A stretch of 64,000 nucleotides of DNA from Eledone cirrhosa (lineage: Eukaryota). Positions 10,039-23,380 of this stretch are shown piece by piece. The translations under genes and the position numbers were made by a program. The stretch spans positions 25,978,001 to 26,042,000 of the forward strand of contig OZ024740.1 of the NCBI GenBank assembly GCA_964016885.1, given 5' to 3'. The stretch's first letter is position 1. Every line of letters begins with the position of its first letter. The notes beneath the pieces are model-generated. The model was given only the letters and a program-made list of their open reading frames with translations, was not told the origin of the DNA and made no database searches.

Positions 10039-12721
10039 CTATATATATATATATCTATATGCAAAAGGCAAACAGAATAAACAAAGCAAACGAAACTGTA
10101 CAATGAAGACATATATTAATTTTATGCTTGATATAGTAGGAACAGAGTCTAAGGCAAGGTTTATTGTTTATTGTATAACATTTAATTGACTTATGTACGT
10201 TTCACTAGTCAAACAACAATGGAAATGTTCATTCCCGGAAGAGTAACTTATCAGAGTCAAATAAAATAAAATAATATAGCTTACATATTTGCATGTACCA
10301 ATGGGAGATATTAACTTCGTAAAATAAGTCGTAAATAGATAACGTTTAAAAATATATTAAAAAGATCGTTAAATTTACGGAAGCCTAAAACAATAATATA
10401 TAATTTAATATTTCAATTCAGTGACATACAATATTTCACTAACTGAATTATATCAGCACACGTATGACAACCTCCCCAAAATATAAAGCTAGAGATATAA
10501 CTTAGGTATGGGTTGTATAATATGGGACTCATTTATCGAGTAGATACATGTCGACAAAAACGTGATCGTGTGCCCGACTTGTCTGTTAATTAAATATAAT
10601 GCTAAAGATTTGATGGGGATCTCCGCACTGGGGAGCTAGAGCGTTCTACCGCTTGCCTAAGGCGGACACCCAGACTAGCGGATTCAGCGGAGGCATCTTA
10701 ATTCTCCCACCCGGATTTATTTATCCGGCGGCTCATCAAGTTAGTCACGGTTAGTCGAAAACACAAAAAACGAAAAGAACTTGCAGACCTTTGCGCGAGG
10801 GTAAAACATAATAATAATAATAATAAAAAAATAATAATAATAATAAATAAATAAAAATCCGAGGCAATCACCTCTCGGACCCGGTAAGGGTTCCACCGGA
10901 TCATCGGGGATCCAGATGACAGGCAGCCACAGTGGTGGGGGTCTTCATACAAGTTTCCTTAGCTGGCTGTCAGGTTGATTGGCTGGTCATTTAAAAGCTA
11001 TGCGCTTGGTGGTTTGACAGAGACGGAAAGTCGGTCTTTTGAGAAATGATCGTGGTTTTAGTTTCGTTATTGTTTCTGTTGTTGTTGTGTGGTGTCTCTT
11101 TTGGCTAGTTTAACTTCTATTATTTCGTTGGGTCGGGTGGCACTTATCTATTTTAAATTGATTAAAAGAGAGCGATTGAAAAAAGAGCGATTTATTACAA
11201 TTAATGGGCATGGTAGATCCCTATGAACGTATACAGATATATTATATTTGTTTAAATGTGTTTTATTGAAATATCTGACATTTTATATTTACCTAAAGCC
11301 TGTAAATTTCTCTTTCTCACAGAATGGTTAAGAAATTTGCTTCAAATTAATGCTGTTTAACTGTATGGAATCATGAAAAGCAACATTTACCATAATTTCA
11401 GGTTGGTTCTAGCCTCGTAATTTAAAGAGTTTGGCCGTCCATGTGATGGGCCTTATTTCTAGTTCAAAACCCAGCCTTTTCTCATAACAGGAAAGTGAAT
11501 ATCCGCGAGAATTGGCCCTATAGACATTTTAATATGGACATAGAAACTGCGTGTGTTTTGTTCCTAACTGTTCTGTCAATGTGAAGGACACAGATGACTG
11601 TAGGATACTGGGCCATTTAAACTGAAAGACTCATCAACAAAATTGTTTCTTCGTTTCGTATAGGATACAAAAACATAGTCTTCCATGAAATATAACGACC
11701 AAATTCCCTGAGCTATTTGAACTGCCGCACATATAATTAAACTGTAGCCAATCGGTAATTTAACACTATTTCTGTAAAGACAATTCGTTGACTAAAATAA
11801 CTTAAATGTGGTTACATTTGACACCAAATTGCTGTAGACAAATCGTTTATACAATTTGTATAAACATAGAGTCACGTCAGTAGCTGTCTACAGATTCTAT
11901 ATAACTATCTCTGTCTATATTTGTATGTGTGTGTTCGCGTATCTTTCTGTGTGAAGACGTTAAGTGTAATCTCTTAAGAGGAGGAAAAAGGTGTGCTTTT
12001 TCCTTTCATATCCAAAGTACGTGTGAGACGTTCCTCGGGATGTGTAAAGTATTATGAAGCTATATAATTATAATGGAAGATACTTAACTAAGGAAAATTT
12101 CTTTTCAAACCTCTTGTGTATTTTGAAAGTAAGGAAATTACCACAAACCTGATTGGTATGTGTATCAGATAATACATTGTTATGACTAATAGCCCTATAG
12201 ATATGTTAATATGGACATACAAGCTGCGTGTGTTTTGCTCTTAACTTTACATCCAAGTGTTTATTTAAGTGGTGAATGTGGCCGGACAATTACAGTTTTT
12301 CATTTCCAAATCCGTATTTATAGATTCACACTTAAACATTTAGTTTCTTTCATTTCACCTGTATCAACGCATTAATAGCTGTAGTTTTTCTTAAATCCTA
12401 GATGGACCAACATTGTGAAGATATATGATCAAATGATTTTCAGTCCGTGCCATCCTGGGTGTGACTCTATCATATCATGTCTTCCTCTCTTCCGAGCAGA
12501 TAGGGTGTGCTATGCTAGAGATAGCAGCTCTCGAACCAAATCTCTAGCCTGAGGATATCTGAATGATCGTGTGGGCTGGTCCGTTTCTCCCACCCGCCTC
12601 TCATATCAGACACCTCACGAAATAAAATTGTGGGGCCAGCATTCACATCTCCGATAACGACAATAAAATAGACCGGAAATATATATAATACTGCCTAGAA
12701 TATTGTCTTAAGTTTGCAACG

Positions 12722-13020
12722 AATTCAGGCCCTGCTGCACTTCGGGCTGAGGAGAGTAAACTCTCCAAGTATCCTTTGCTCACCGATGGAGTTGCGGTCG
12801 AGCCTGTAGCAGTGGAAACGTCTGGTGTCGTTGGCCCTAAGACTTCCTACCAACTCACCACCATTGACACAGAGTTGGCTACCTGCCAGTGTGAGCTTAG
12901 CGAGCTGGAATGACTCTTCCAACGTTCTCCTTCACCATCCTCCAAGGAAAGGCCTTCTCTATTCTGTCCACTGGGGCCGTGGGGCGGCCAGCGTGTGGGC
13001 TCCCATTTGCCTATAGTAGT
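12722..13020 (+). pseudogene. CRE-clade non-LTR retrotransposon 3' fragment (restriction-like endonuclease C-terminus)
   Basis: Manual translation gives GPAALRAEESKLSKY...EPVAVETSGVVGP...ELE*LFQR, then after a frameshift LSFTILQGKAFSIL. This matches CRE motifs AExxKxxKY, PVAVET.G, LFQRLSxxIQRGNA. Confidence 0.7.
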
Positions 13021-13167
13021 AAGAGATGGAGAGAGTGAGAGAGACGGTGGCAGTGAGAGAAAGTATTTTATTACATCTTGTTTGGTGTATGACCATAGAC
13101 ATATTTATAGTCATTAACTTGTTTTTGATATATTGTAAATGGAATTGATAAGAGTAGAAATAATAAT

Positions 13168-13353
13168 TGTTTCTACTTTTGGCACAAGGCCAGGAATAAC
13201 CCAATGCATTACTGGTACTTTATTTTATCGACCCCGTAAGGATGAAAGGCAAAGTTAACCTTGGCGGGATTTGAACTCAGGATGTCACGGGCAGTAACTC
13301 TTTGCGTTAAAGCATAGCGTCCGACCCTCTACCGATACAGCCAATCGACCGCC
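13168..13353 (-). mobile_element. tRNA-derived SINE, family 1, with 17-bp TSD
   Basis: Reverse-complement SINE. AGAGTAGAAATAATAAT occurs at 13151 and 13354. Confidence 0.88.
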
Positions 13354-13952
13354 AGAGTAGAAATAATAATAATCAATGTAAGTGAACATCCAACCAGCGT
13401 GCGAAAATGCGCTTTCCACATGTTCGATCAAGTGAACGGAATTCTTGTGACATTAACAGACAAGTATCAATGTATTTACCTTGACACAGTATAACAAGGC
13501 ACGTCATTTGAATTACAGGTAAAACTCAATTCTACCGGTTTCGAAATAGTTTCCGTTTACCAAATTCATGTACAATTATTTAGTCGTTTGAAAGATATAG
13601 TAAAGTCACTTGCCCATCTTAACATTCAATGGGATCGAATACGGGAGCTCATGATTGTGAATCAATTATATCTGTGTCAACAAATTATATAATCTATTTT
13701 TAAAATAACACCTTTATGTATATATATGTTTTACATATTATAAAGAATCGGGACGCGACGACTGAGCTCTTGTCGTTTCAAAAGTTAGTTCCAGATGCTG
13801 GAACTAGCCCAAGTATCGAGGATTCTGTTGAGTAATGGTCTAACCAGCCTCAAACCTCTTTGCCTCTCTCTTACTCTCTCTCTAAATATATATATATATA
13901 TATAATTTTTTTCTGGCAAGGTTTTTGATATGAAATCGTGTGTCGAAATAAA

Positions 13953-14310
13953 TATCGTTATACATGGGGGGGGGGGGGTAGTCATATTGTTATAATATGG
14001 CCAGAAATAATAACAGAACACGCTCATAAAAATGGCATAGATTTTACAATACAATGGGAGTGAACGTAATAGTACCACTGATGATGTCGCAGATGTGTGA
14101 CGAAAGAACTTTGATAGCCTATATATATATATTTATATCTGTATTTTTAACCGCTTGTCAATCAATGATAAACATTGATTGCAAAATAAATTAACTATGG
14201 AGATATAAAAGATACAGAAGCGAAAACCAACCCAAACTAAACAGTGAGTGGGTTCTGTTATTATTTCTGGCAATATTATAACAATATGACCATCCCCAAG
14301 TATAACAATA
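13953..14310 (+). mobile_element. Non-coding pLTR-like element with a hammerhead-like core and an inverted 3'-end copy at its 5' end
   Basis: 13953-14026 is inverted relative to 14245-14310. CTGATGA-T-GTCGCA-GATG-TGTGAC-GAAA at 14078-14105, with weak stem I. Ends in (TA)n. Confidence 0.7.
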
Positions 14311-14553
14311 TATATATATATATATATATATATTCCTTCGAATGAAACAGTTATAGTCCTGTAGAAGCCATTTCTATATATATAAAATACAAACGACAAA
14401 TTTTATTTCAAAATCTATTTAACATGACATTATTCATATCAAAATTAATAGGTTTAATTTAAATGTGTGTGTTATGCAAATAATAAACAAATAACCAATA
14501 GCCAATACAGAATCTCTTGCGAATATACATACACTCATTTGTAACTGATAGAA

Positions 14554-14638
<85 letters not shown>

Positions 14639-15264
14639 TGGAGGGAGAGAGAACGTGGTGGAATATATACATATTAAACGCCATCTACTTTGTAGTTTCA
14701 AAATATGTTTCAAATGTTGCGGTTCATTGGTTTAACATAGGGGACCGACATTTTCTATATAAAATGTTTCCTTTTTATATATTTATTTATCCTAGAAGCC
14801 CCACCGCCGCCACCACCATTCCAAAAGAAAATCAGATATGAAAATATCGATAATACTTATGAATGAATGATCATAAAGACTGGGGTACCATATTTGCCAT
14901 ATATTCTTTATATTATAATTCTGAAATACTTCGATGATTTGGTATTGATATGTCGAAAATGAAGTAAATCAGGCAATTATAGCAATACAAAAAAGATGGT
15001 CGCTAACGTAATTTCGATGTCTATAAATGATTTGAGCTAACAGAAATTTTAAGGAGAAAGGCAGCATTCCGAATTAAGGGTTGATGTCTTCTTGTATAGA
15101 AGGGAATTAAAAATGCTAATAATCGGAAGAGATTTTGCATAAATGTCTAACACATTTACATATGCAATTGTACAGCCATTAACACGTAAAAACTACAAAT
15201 ATACATACATACAGTCATTCAAATATATACTATATATATTATATATATGTATTTATATACAATA

Positions 15265-15334
<70 letters not shown>

Positions 15335-15347
15335 ATATAAGAAGATA

Positions 15348-15384
<37 letters not shown>

Positions 15385-15412
15385 AGAAGATATGCATATA
15401 TATATATATATA

Positions 15413-15693
15413 TATTGTTATATTTGGGGAGGGTCATATTGTCGTAATAATATTGCCAGAAATAATAACAGAACACACTCACTGTTTGGTTGGTTTTCGC
15501 TTCTGTATCTTTTATATCTCCACAGTTAATTCATTTGGCCCTCAATATTTATCATTGACTGGCTAACGGTCAAAAATACAGATATAATATAGATATAAAC
15601 ACATATATATAGTCTAACAAAGGTCTTTCGTTACACATCTGCAACATCATCAGTGGTTCCTCCTGTTGTATTGTATGTCTGCGCCATTTTTAT
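15413..15693 (-). mobile_element. Second copy of the 13953-14310 family
   Basis: Reverse complement is homologous to 14026-14310 and includes CTGATGATGTTGCAGATGTGTAACGAAAGACCTT. Confidence 0.75.
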
Positions 15694-15861
15694 TTTATCT
15701 GTTTATTTATTTATTTATTTGTGTCTTCTTCTCTGCGCATGGATTTGCGTATGTGTATAGTGTTTGGTGTGTGTTCGCGTTTGGGTGACTGTGTTTTAGT
15801 TATTATATTCTATCTTAGTTTATGTGTTTGTTGTTATTGTGCTTGTGTATATATTTATTTG

Positions 15862-15918
<57 letters not shown>

Positions 15919-16032
15919 ATAATAATAAATTTGAAGACTAAAATCCAAAGAGGGCTCGATAAGGATAAATATATATCAAATATATAAGAACCGTAGAGCA
16001 AATATTTATTAATTTATTTAATCTGTTTTTTA

Positions 16033-16087
<55 letters not shown>

Positions 16088-16088
<1 letters not shown>

Positions 16089-16291
16089 CAAAAAGTATTA
16101 CCACGACGGCAGAACTGAAGCCGTTTCGATGGCTATTTCTGGACTAAATTCAGTCCAGAAATAGCCGTCGAAACGGCTTGAGCTCTGCCGTCGGGGTCAT
16201 ACTTTTTTCCTATTTCCCACTCTACTACCCTAAGTATTGAGTACTCTGGTGCGTTATAGTCCATCTGGTTCCTTACCACAATTCCTTTGTT
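16088..16291 (+). mobile_element. Half-hammerhead fold-back family, copy 2 (asymmetric arms)
   Basis: Palindrome centred near 16149. GAAAC-GGC-TTGAGCTCT-GCC-GTC at 16170-16192. The right arm extends ~80 bp further. Flanked by (TA)n. Confidence 0.82.
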
Positions 16292-16469
16292 ATATATATA
16301 TATATATATATATTTATTTATTTATTTATTTAGGTTTATTGGTTCACCATTTGATAGAACTGGTCATTCCGTATGGTCAACCTCGATGTAATATTAAGGA
16401 GAGCACTCAACGTAATGCAACTCACCCGTCTCCGTTTGTGTAGATGGTGGTATGAGTACAGAGTAAATA

Positions 16470-16807
16470 ATTATAAAATAACAGGGGGTTGGACTGGTGT
16501 AATTCCTTAAAAGGTTTATTATATTATGATCATTTCAATGACCGGGTTCAGTATGAATCCGGTGACATCATCAGGTATTCTAAATATAACAAAGGAATAT
16601 AATAGTAAAATCCATGGGGCTGAAAATCAGAGACATGAGTGCCACCGCATATTTAGTAGCGTCTACCCCGGTCGGCCGTCCTCTGTCTATTATTTTCCTT
16701 TGTTATATTTCGAATACCTGATGATGTGATCGGATTCATACTGAACCCGGTCATTGAAATGATCATAGTATAATAAAGGAATTACACCAGTCCAGCCTCC
16801 TGTCATT

Positions 16808-16814
<7 letters not shown>
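16470..16814. mobile_element. Fold-back element with ~130-bp inverted arms, each carrying a hammerhead
   Basis: 16470-16604 is inverted relative to 16687-16814, with an ~80-nt spacer. (TA)n on the right. Confidence 0.85.
16714..16771 (+). ncRNA. Minimal type I hammerhead ribozyme (mirror copy at 16521-16578, - strand)
   Basis: Stem I ATAC/GTAT, CTGATGA at 16718, stem II GTGATCGG..TTCA-TAC-TGAA..CCGGTCAT, GAAA at 16756, palindromic stem III ATGATCAT, AUA triplet. Confidence 0.85.
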
Positions 16815-16838
<24 letters not shown>

Positions 16839-16979
16839 GCGTATGTTCTTTTTTTGTTGCATTATCTATATGTAAAGCGAGCCTGAAATCGTGTCAGTAG
16901 TGTATACATATAAAAAAATAATATATTCGGTCGTGGCACTTACTTATCAGTTATGTCTGCGACAGCAGTTGTATGTGCA

Positions 16980-17116
<137 letters not shown>

Positions 17117-17614
17117 GCATATATTCATATATGCATATATATATGTGCATATATGTGCATCCACTGCTAAACGTATGATTGTATAACATATGAAATTATA
17201 TCATTACATTATTCTTAAAATGGCGTATGTTACCTTGTGTGGTGTGGGGACACAACAGAAGCATGTAAAACAAGGTTATAGACGGTTTGAAAATGACCAT
17301 GCAAAAGGTTCTTTTTTTTTAGTAATCTCTCTAAATCTCTTTGGGAGGTTACAAACTGAAACCGCTGGAACTCCCAGTAGAATTTCCACATCGTTAATAT
17401 AACCACTCTACATCCCACCCAACATTGAATACTATTCGGATTTGTTATCTACCCGGCTTTTGCGCCGCCGATATACACGGTATATATATATAATTGGTGT
17501 TGGATGCGTTAAGCGTCCGTATGCGGTTGGCCGCTTAAGCATTCGATGCTCTCATAGAGCAGAGTATGATATCACAGAAAAAAAGAGAATGTGTTGCGAC
17601 GAATGGAATTTATT

Positions 17615-17710
17615 GGACATAGTACAATCGTTTCTCTGGCAACCAGCTCGAGGCACGATCGATGTAGTTATCGAACCTGACTCTGAAAATCGCAAGGTCC
17701 TCAGATACCC
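17615..17710 (-). ncRNA. Degenerate hammerhead-like motif related to 20204-20294
   Basis: Minus strand reads CTGAGGA-CCTTGC...CTCGAGCTGGTTGCCAGA-GAAACGATTGTA...CAATAAATT and shares blocks with the 20204 motif. Confidence 0.45.
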
Positions 17711-18243
17711 CTTGATTCTACAAAGCAGATTTTCTTAATGTCCTTTTACATCGATATCCTTCGCCTGTCGGCTTAGATCCTCTTGTTGTCATTCTACGAG
17801 TGGTCAAGAATTGTACACGTCATCGATATTTCTAGCCACTCATGGTTATCCACTATTTGGTTCTTATCATTCTCCAACCGTCAATCAAATTTGTTTTTTA
17901 GGTCGGAATTACTACTGTAGTAGGTAAGGGGCTGTATGCTTGAACTGCTGGCGGCACTTCGACGTCTTCACTGTCTTTAGGCGCCCTCTTCTACACCGAT
18001 CACGTACACACCCGCAACTGTATTGTATGCGACGATCACCGTAAATAATGCTTGGAGGAAAGTTTAAAACAAATTAAAAAAATATTAGAAAAATATTTAG
18101 CATAACGTTTCAAGAACACAGCCTCAGAATACCTTGAAACTTACATATTTCAAAAGGAAAAAGAAAAAAAAATCTGTACAAAGAACGTTTTTAAATGAAT
18201 GCTTGAAACAGCCTTTCATAAAAAGTTATTTCGAAGGTATTAT

Positions 18244-19652
18244 TGATAAATATACACATATCTACACTCACACACTGTACTCAGGGCAGTGTGTACAGTT
18301 GATATACACATATCTACACTCACACACTGTACTCAGGGAAGTGTGTACAGTTGATATACACATATCTACACTCACACACTGTACTCAGGGAAGTGTGTAC
18401 AGTTGATATACTCATATCTACACTCACACACTGTACTCAGGGCAGTCTGTATAGTTGATATACACATATCTACACTCACACACTCTACTCAGGGAAGTGT
18501 GTACAGTTGATATACACATATCTACACTCACACACTGTACTCAGGGAAGTGTGTACAGTTGATATACTCATATCTACACTCACACACTGTACTCAGGGCA
18601 GTGTGTACAGTTGATATACTCATATCTACACTCACACACTGTACTCAGGGAAGCGTGTATAGTTGATATACTCATATCTACACTCACACACTGTACTCAG
18701 GGCAGTGTGTACAGTTGATATACTCATATCTACACTCACACACTGTACTCAGGGAAGTGTGTACAGTTGATATACTCATATCTACACTCACACACTGTAC
18801 TCAGGGAAGTGTGTACAGTTGATATACTCATATCTACACTCACACACTGTACTCAGGGCAGTGTGTACAGTTGATATACTCATATCTACACTCACACACT
18901 GTACTCAGGGAAGCGTGTATAGTTGATATACACATATCCACGCTCACACACTGTACTCAGGGCAGTGTGTACAGTTGATATACTCATATCTACACTCACA
19001 CACTGTACTCAGGGCAGTGTGTATAGTTGATATACACACATCTACACTCACACACTGTACTCAGGGAAGTGTGTACAGTTGATATACACATATCTACACT
19101 CACACACTGTACTCAGGGCAGTGTGTACAGTTGATATACTCATATCTACACTCACACACTGTACTCAGGGTAGTGTGTACAGTTGATATACACATATCTA
19201 CACTCACACACTGTACTCAGGGTAGTGTGTACAGTTGATATACTCATATCTACACTCACACACTGTACTCAGGGAAGCGTGTATAGTTGATATACACATA
19301 TCTACACTCACACACTGTACTCAGGGTAGTGTGTACAGTTGATATACACATATCTACACTCACACACTGTACTCAGGGTAGTGTGTACAGTTGATATACA
19401 CATATCTACACTCACACACTGTACTCAGGGTAGTGTGTATAGTTGATATACACATATCTACACTAACACACTGTACTCAGGGAAGCGTGTATAGTTGATA
19501 TACACATATCTACACTCACACACTGTACTCAGGGCAGTGTGTATAGTTGATATACACATATCTACACTCACACACTGTACTCAGGGAAGCGTGTATAGTT
19601 GTTATACACATATCTACACTAATACACTGTACTCAGGGAAACGTGTATAGTT
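18244..19652. repeat. 52-bp minisatellite, ~27 copies
   Basis: Unit TACACATATCTACACTCACACACTGTACTCAGGGCAGTGTGTACAGTTGATA (starts at 18253, 18305, ...). Confidence 0.95.
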
Positions 19653-19926
19653 AAGACGCTACACATATATACACAGATGAAAAAAAGAAAGATCTACACA
19701 TAGGCATTGATACCCTCACACAGACATGTTCATACAACTACATCCACCCAGATATGTGCACACACGTGCGCATGCGTATCTTCGTCGACGCATATACATA
19801 CGTGTACCCGCGTATGTTCATATCGAGGGCGCATACTTGATGAATACCCTCCCATCCGTACACACACGCTCAGCTGTATTATATGGGACAACGTTCTTGA
19901 GGCTTGGACCCAACCCGATCATGTGA

Positions 19927-20006
<80 letters not shown>

Positions 20007-20007
<1 letters not shown>

Positions 20008-20343
20008 GTACAAAGAAAACGAAAAATCAGTGATGCATCCGGACTTAATTTATTGCGTGTTACAATTGTTTCGCCGGCAGGTAGCTCGAGACATGGTCCT
20101 TGTATGGATCTGGCTGATTCTACTACTGCAGGTTCTTTCTGACACGGGTATTTCGTTCGGAGCAAATTTTATCACTGATAAAATTTGCTCCGAACGTACT
20201 ACCCGTGTCTGAAGGAACCTGCAGCCGTAGAATCAGCCAGATCCATACAAGGACAATGTCTCGAGCTACCTGCCGGCGAAACAATTGTAACACGCAATAA
20301 ATTAAGTCCAGTTGCATCAGTGATTTTTCGTTTTCTTTATACT
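20007..20343. mobile_element. Spacer-less 337-bp palindrome with a hammerhead-like motif in each arm
   Basis: Symmetric about 20175. On +, CGTGT-CTGAAGG...CGAAA-CAATT-GTA-ACACG at 20204-20294, with palindromic stem III ACAATTGT. (TA)n on the left. Confidence 0.85.
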
Positions 20344-20423
20344 GTCTACACTCTATTCTGCTGAATATCAAGTGCTAATTTTGGCATACCGCCAATGGAA
20401 GCAGTATAGCTACCATTATACTC

Positions 20424-20485
<62 letters not shown>

Positions 20486-20492
<7 letters not shown>

Positions 20493-20868
20493 GAGAAGAA
20501 AGAATACTGCGTGGCTGCACATGGGTTACATATGATAAAAATAGTCCTTCGTCAGTGATTTTCCAACCTTCATTGGTATTTCATCGCATTAAAACTCATA
20601 TACCTCCGGTTGGTGTGAGCAATAGCTAAATAAAGCTATTGGGACAAGTAAATCGCGTAAAGCGAGTGAGACAAGTAAACAACATAGAAGGTTGAAAGCA
20701 ACGCAAAGATAGGAATAAACAAGCAACATGGTTATCCGGTCAGCATAAGCTGGGTGGATCTCATGAACGAGAGAGATATACAGACCATGCGACGTGAGTG
20801 AGATGTGAGCAGGAAGAGAACCCACTACATGCCAAACGGGAGGAAGTGAGAAACAGAGAGTGAGTGAG
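20486..20868 (-). repeat. Dispersed (TA)n-anchored repeat, copy 1
   Basis: Reverse complement is homologous to 56689-57086. Both copies end at the same position against (TA)n. Confidence 0.75.
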
Positions 20869-20936
<68 letters not shown>

Positions 20937-21045
20937 AATAGAGAGGGGGGGTTGTAAAATCCTCATCGCGGCGCCAAGCTGCATTTCCCCATTCATTGAG
21001 TACTCCCATGATAAGTAGTCTCCCCGGTCTCAGCACCACAGATTG

Positions 21046-21076
<31 letters not shown>

Positions 21077-22033
21077 CAACACACACACGCGCACGCACAC
21101 ACACACACACGCACGCACACACACGCACACACACACATATATATATATATATTTACATACACACATATTGGATAAATCATGTAGCGTTTTCTCATATATT
21201 TGAATTTGGAAAATGAATAAAAATAAAATTAAACCTAAAAAATTAATGAAAAATTGAAACGTTTAAAGTAAAATTAAATCATAGGGAAACTGATACCACA
21301 ATTTAGAATTCCTGACTATAGTTGGCTGGTTGCTTACCTCTTTGGAATGGAACTGGGTAATTTACTGGTGTATTGTCGTAACAATCTATATTACATTACA
21401 TTGATTGTGGACGCAGCTCCGTTCATTAGTTAATATTTCTATAGCACATCAAATTATTAATAGCAAGTTTCTCGCTTCAAAACGAATCTTGCCTCCTGCT
21501 TTCACTGGGAATATATCTTTGATGATATATATGGAACGATAAACATAAAGTACAAAGTGAGGAACGGGGAGAAAGTTGGTGTGATTGAAATACGCTGAAA
21601 GAATGCGCTTTGTGTCAAAATGGATGACATGAATAATATCTGTCAGTTGTAAGTCATTAAAGACGCTAACACATCGCTAGATTGTAATGGTGTAGGAGAG
21701 AATGTTTTTACGAGTGGAAATTGAGATAAATAGGACGATGGGTTGTTGATCAGTCATTCCTCTACAGAGACAGTAGCACAGAAATAGAATCCACGAAAAG
21801 AGATACCGATGGAAAGGAAACGAGCTCACAAAATATGCAAAAACAAAAATAAAAATAAAAATAACGCATTAATATCATTAGGAACGCCAAACTTGTAATG
21901 AGGGAATACCGGCTTTGATGTATATATATACATAGGCGCGCGTGGACACACCACACACCCGCGTATACATTCACACAGACACATACGCAAACGCATACAC
22001 AGCACAAAAACACATATACACACATCAATATGT

Positions 22034-22103
<70 letters not shown>

Positions 22104-22128
22104 ATATATATATATATATAAATATATA

Positions 22129-22245
<117 letters not shown>

Positions 22246-22699
22246 TTATGTATGTATGTATAAATTCGATTTTATTGCAACGATACAATAGAGCTACTGT
22301 TATTATAGATAAAACCAAGAACAACACCAATAATATTACTAATAATGAAGATGAAGATGATGTTGATGATGATGATGGTGGTGGTGGTGATGATGAAGAT
22401 GGTGATGATGATGGTAATGATGATGATGATGTTAATGATGATAATGACGATGATAACTACAGCAACCTCAACAGCAATATCGACAACAACAACTACAACA
22501 GCAACTACAACTAGAATGTGTTGTTCTTCACCATTTGCTAAATTTAAATCAACACCAAAATATATAATTTTGAATCTGTCTTATTTTCTGTTTTGGCTTT
22601 TCAGATACTTTTTTCAATAAATCATTTCTGTGGTCTCACATTATAATTTTATCGAGTTTTTCAGACAAATGCACTATTTCCAGATTGGTGCTAATGAAG

Positions 22700-23380
22700 T
22701 GTATTAAGTTGAAACAAAATCAGTATATTATTGATACGTCTCTTGTACTTTTCCTGGTGAATTAATCACATGATGTTTTTCAATTCGATGACCCAAAGAA
22801 ACAGTCTCCATGGGCATGGAGTAACGTCCTCTGAACTTCTATGTGATATGTGTATAGTGATGAAATCCTGAGTGCACAAAAACTAGAACAGGCCTTGAAC
22901 ATTGCTGATATGTGTTGTTATATCAAAATTGGAAATGGGTTGTTGTATGTAGGACATCTCTAGTTATGAGTCGAGATCTTTATGAAGATCACTACGCTTT
23001 CTTTTAATCGGAAAATGTCGACATTTTTATATTTTCTAATTGATTTGAATCACAGTGGAGTTCCGGTACTCAGACATGCGCAGAATGTGTTCAGCCAGTT
23101 TCAGGTAGCTTTCGCTGATGGTGTCAACCAGTACCCTCTGTTTACTTCTCTTCAGCACCTCTACATTAGTAATCCGCTCTCAATAAGTGATTTTCATGAT
23201 TTTTCTTAAGCATCTTCGTTAGAAAACGTTGAGCTTCTTTAGAAACAGGCTGGACACATTCTGCCTATGTCTGAGTACCGGAAGCCCTCTGTGGCAATGA
23301 GATGGAGCCCAGTCTGTGGTAAGCAGAAAGAAAGGGAGACCCAATAAAACCTGGCGTTCAACTTTCAAAGGTCTACAGAT
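22700..23380 (-). pseudogene. Possible highly decayed Penelope-type RT relic
   Basis: Frameshifted minus-strand motifs ARFY/GLP (~23335-23357) and VLHTTTHFQF*YNNTYQQ/QGL (~22890-22960) appear in the expected order. Confidence 0.3.
23051..23293. mobile_element. MITE-like element with ~52-bp imperfect terminal inverted repeats
   Basis: CACAGTGGAGTTCCGGTACTCAGACATGCGCAGAATGTGTTCAGCCAGTTTC versus GAAACAGGCTGGACACATTCTGCCTATGTCTGAGTACCGGAAGCCCTCTGTG. No clear TSD. Confidence 0.55.

Noticed and set aside
11300-12450. Possible host exons (pyrimidine-AG at ~11321, GT at ~11402) and a 55-bp direct repeat at ~11515/12192
   Set aside because: No coherent reading frame or recognisable protein; cannot be supported without transcripts.
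12726-12770. Possible HDV-like ribozyme (two hairpins)
   Set aside because: No double pseudoknot could be built, and the region is better explained as CRE coding sequence.
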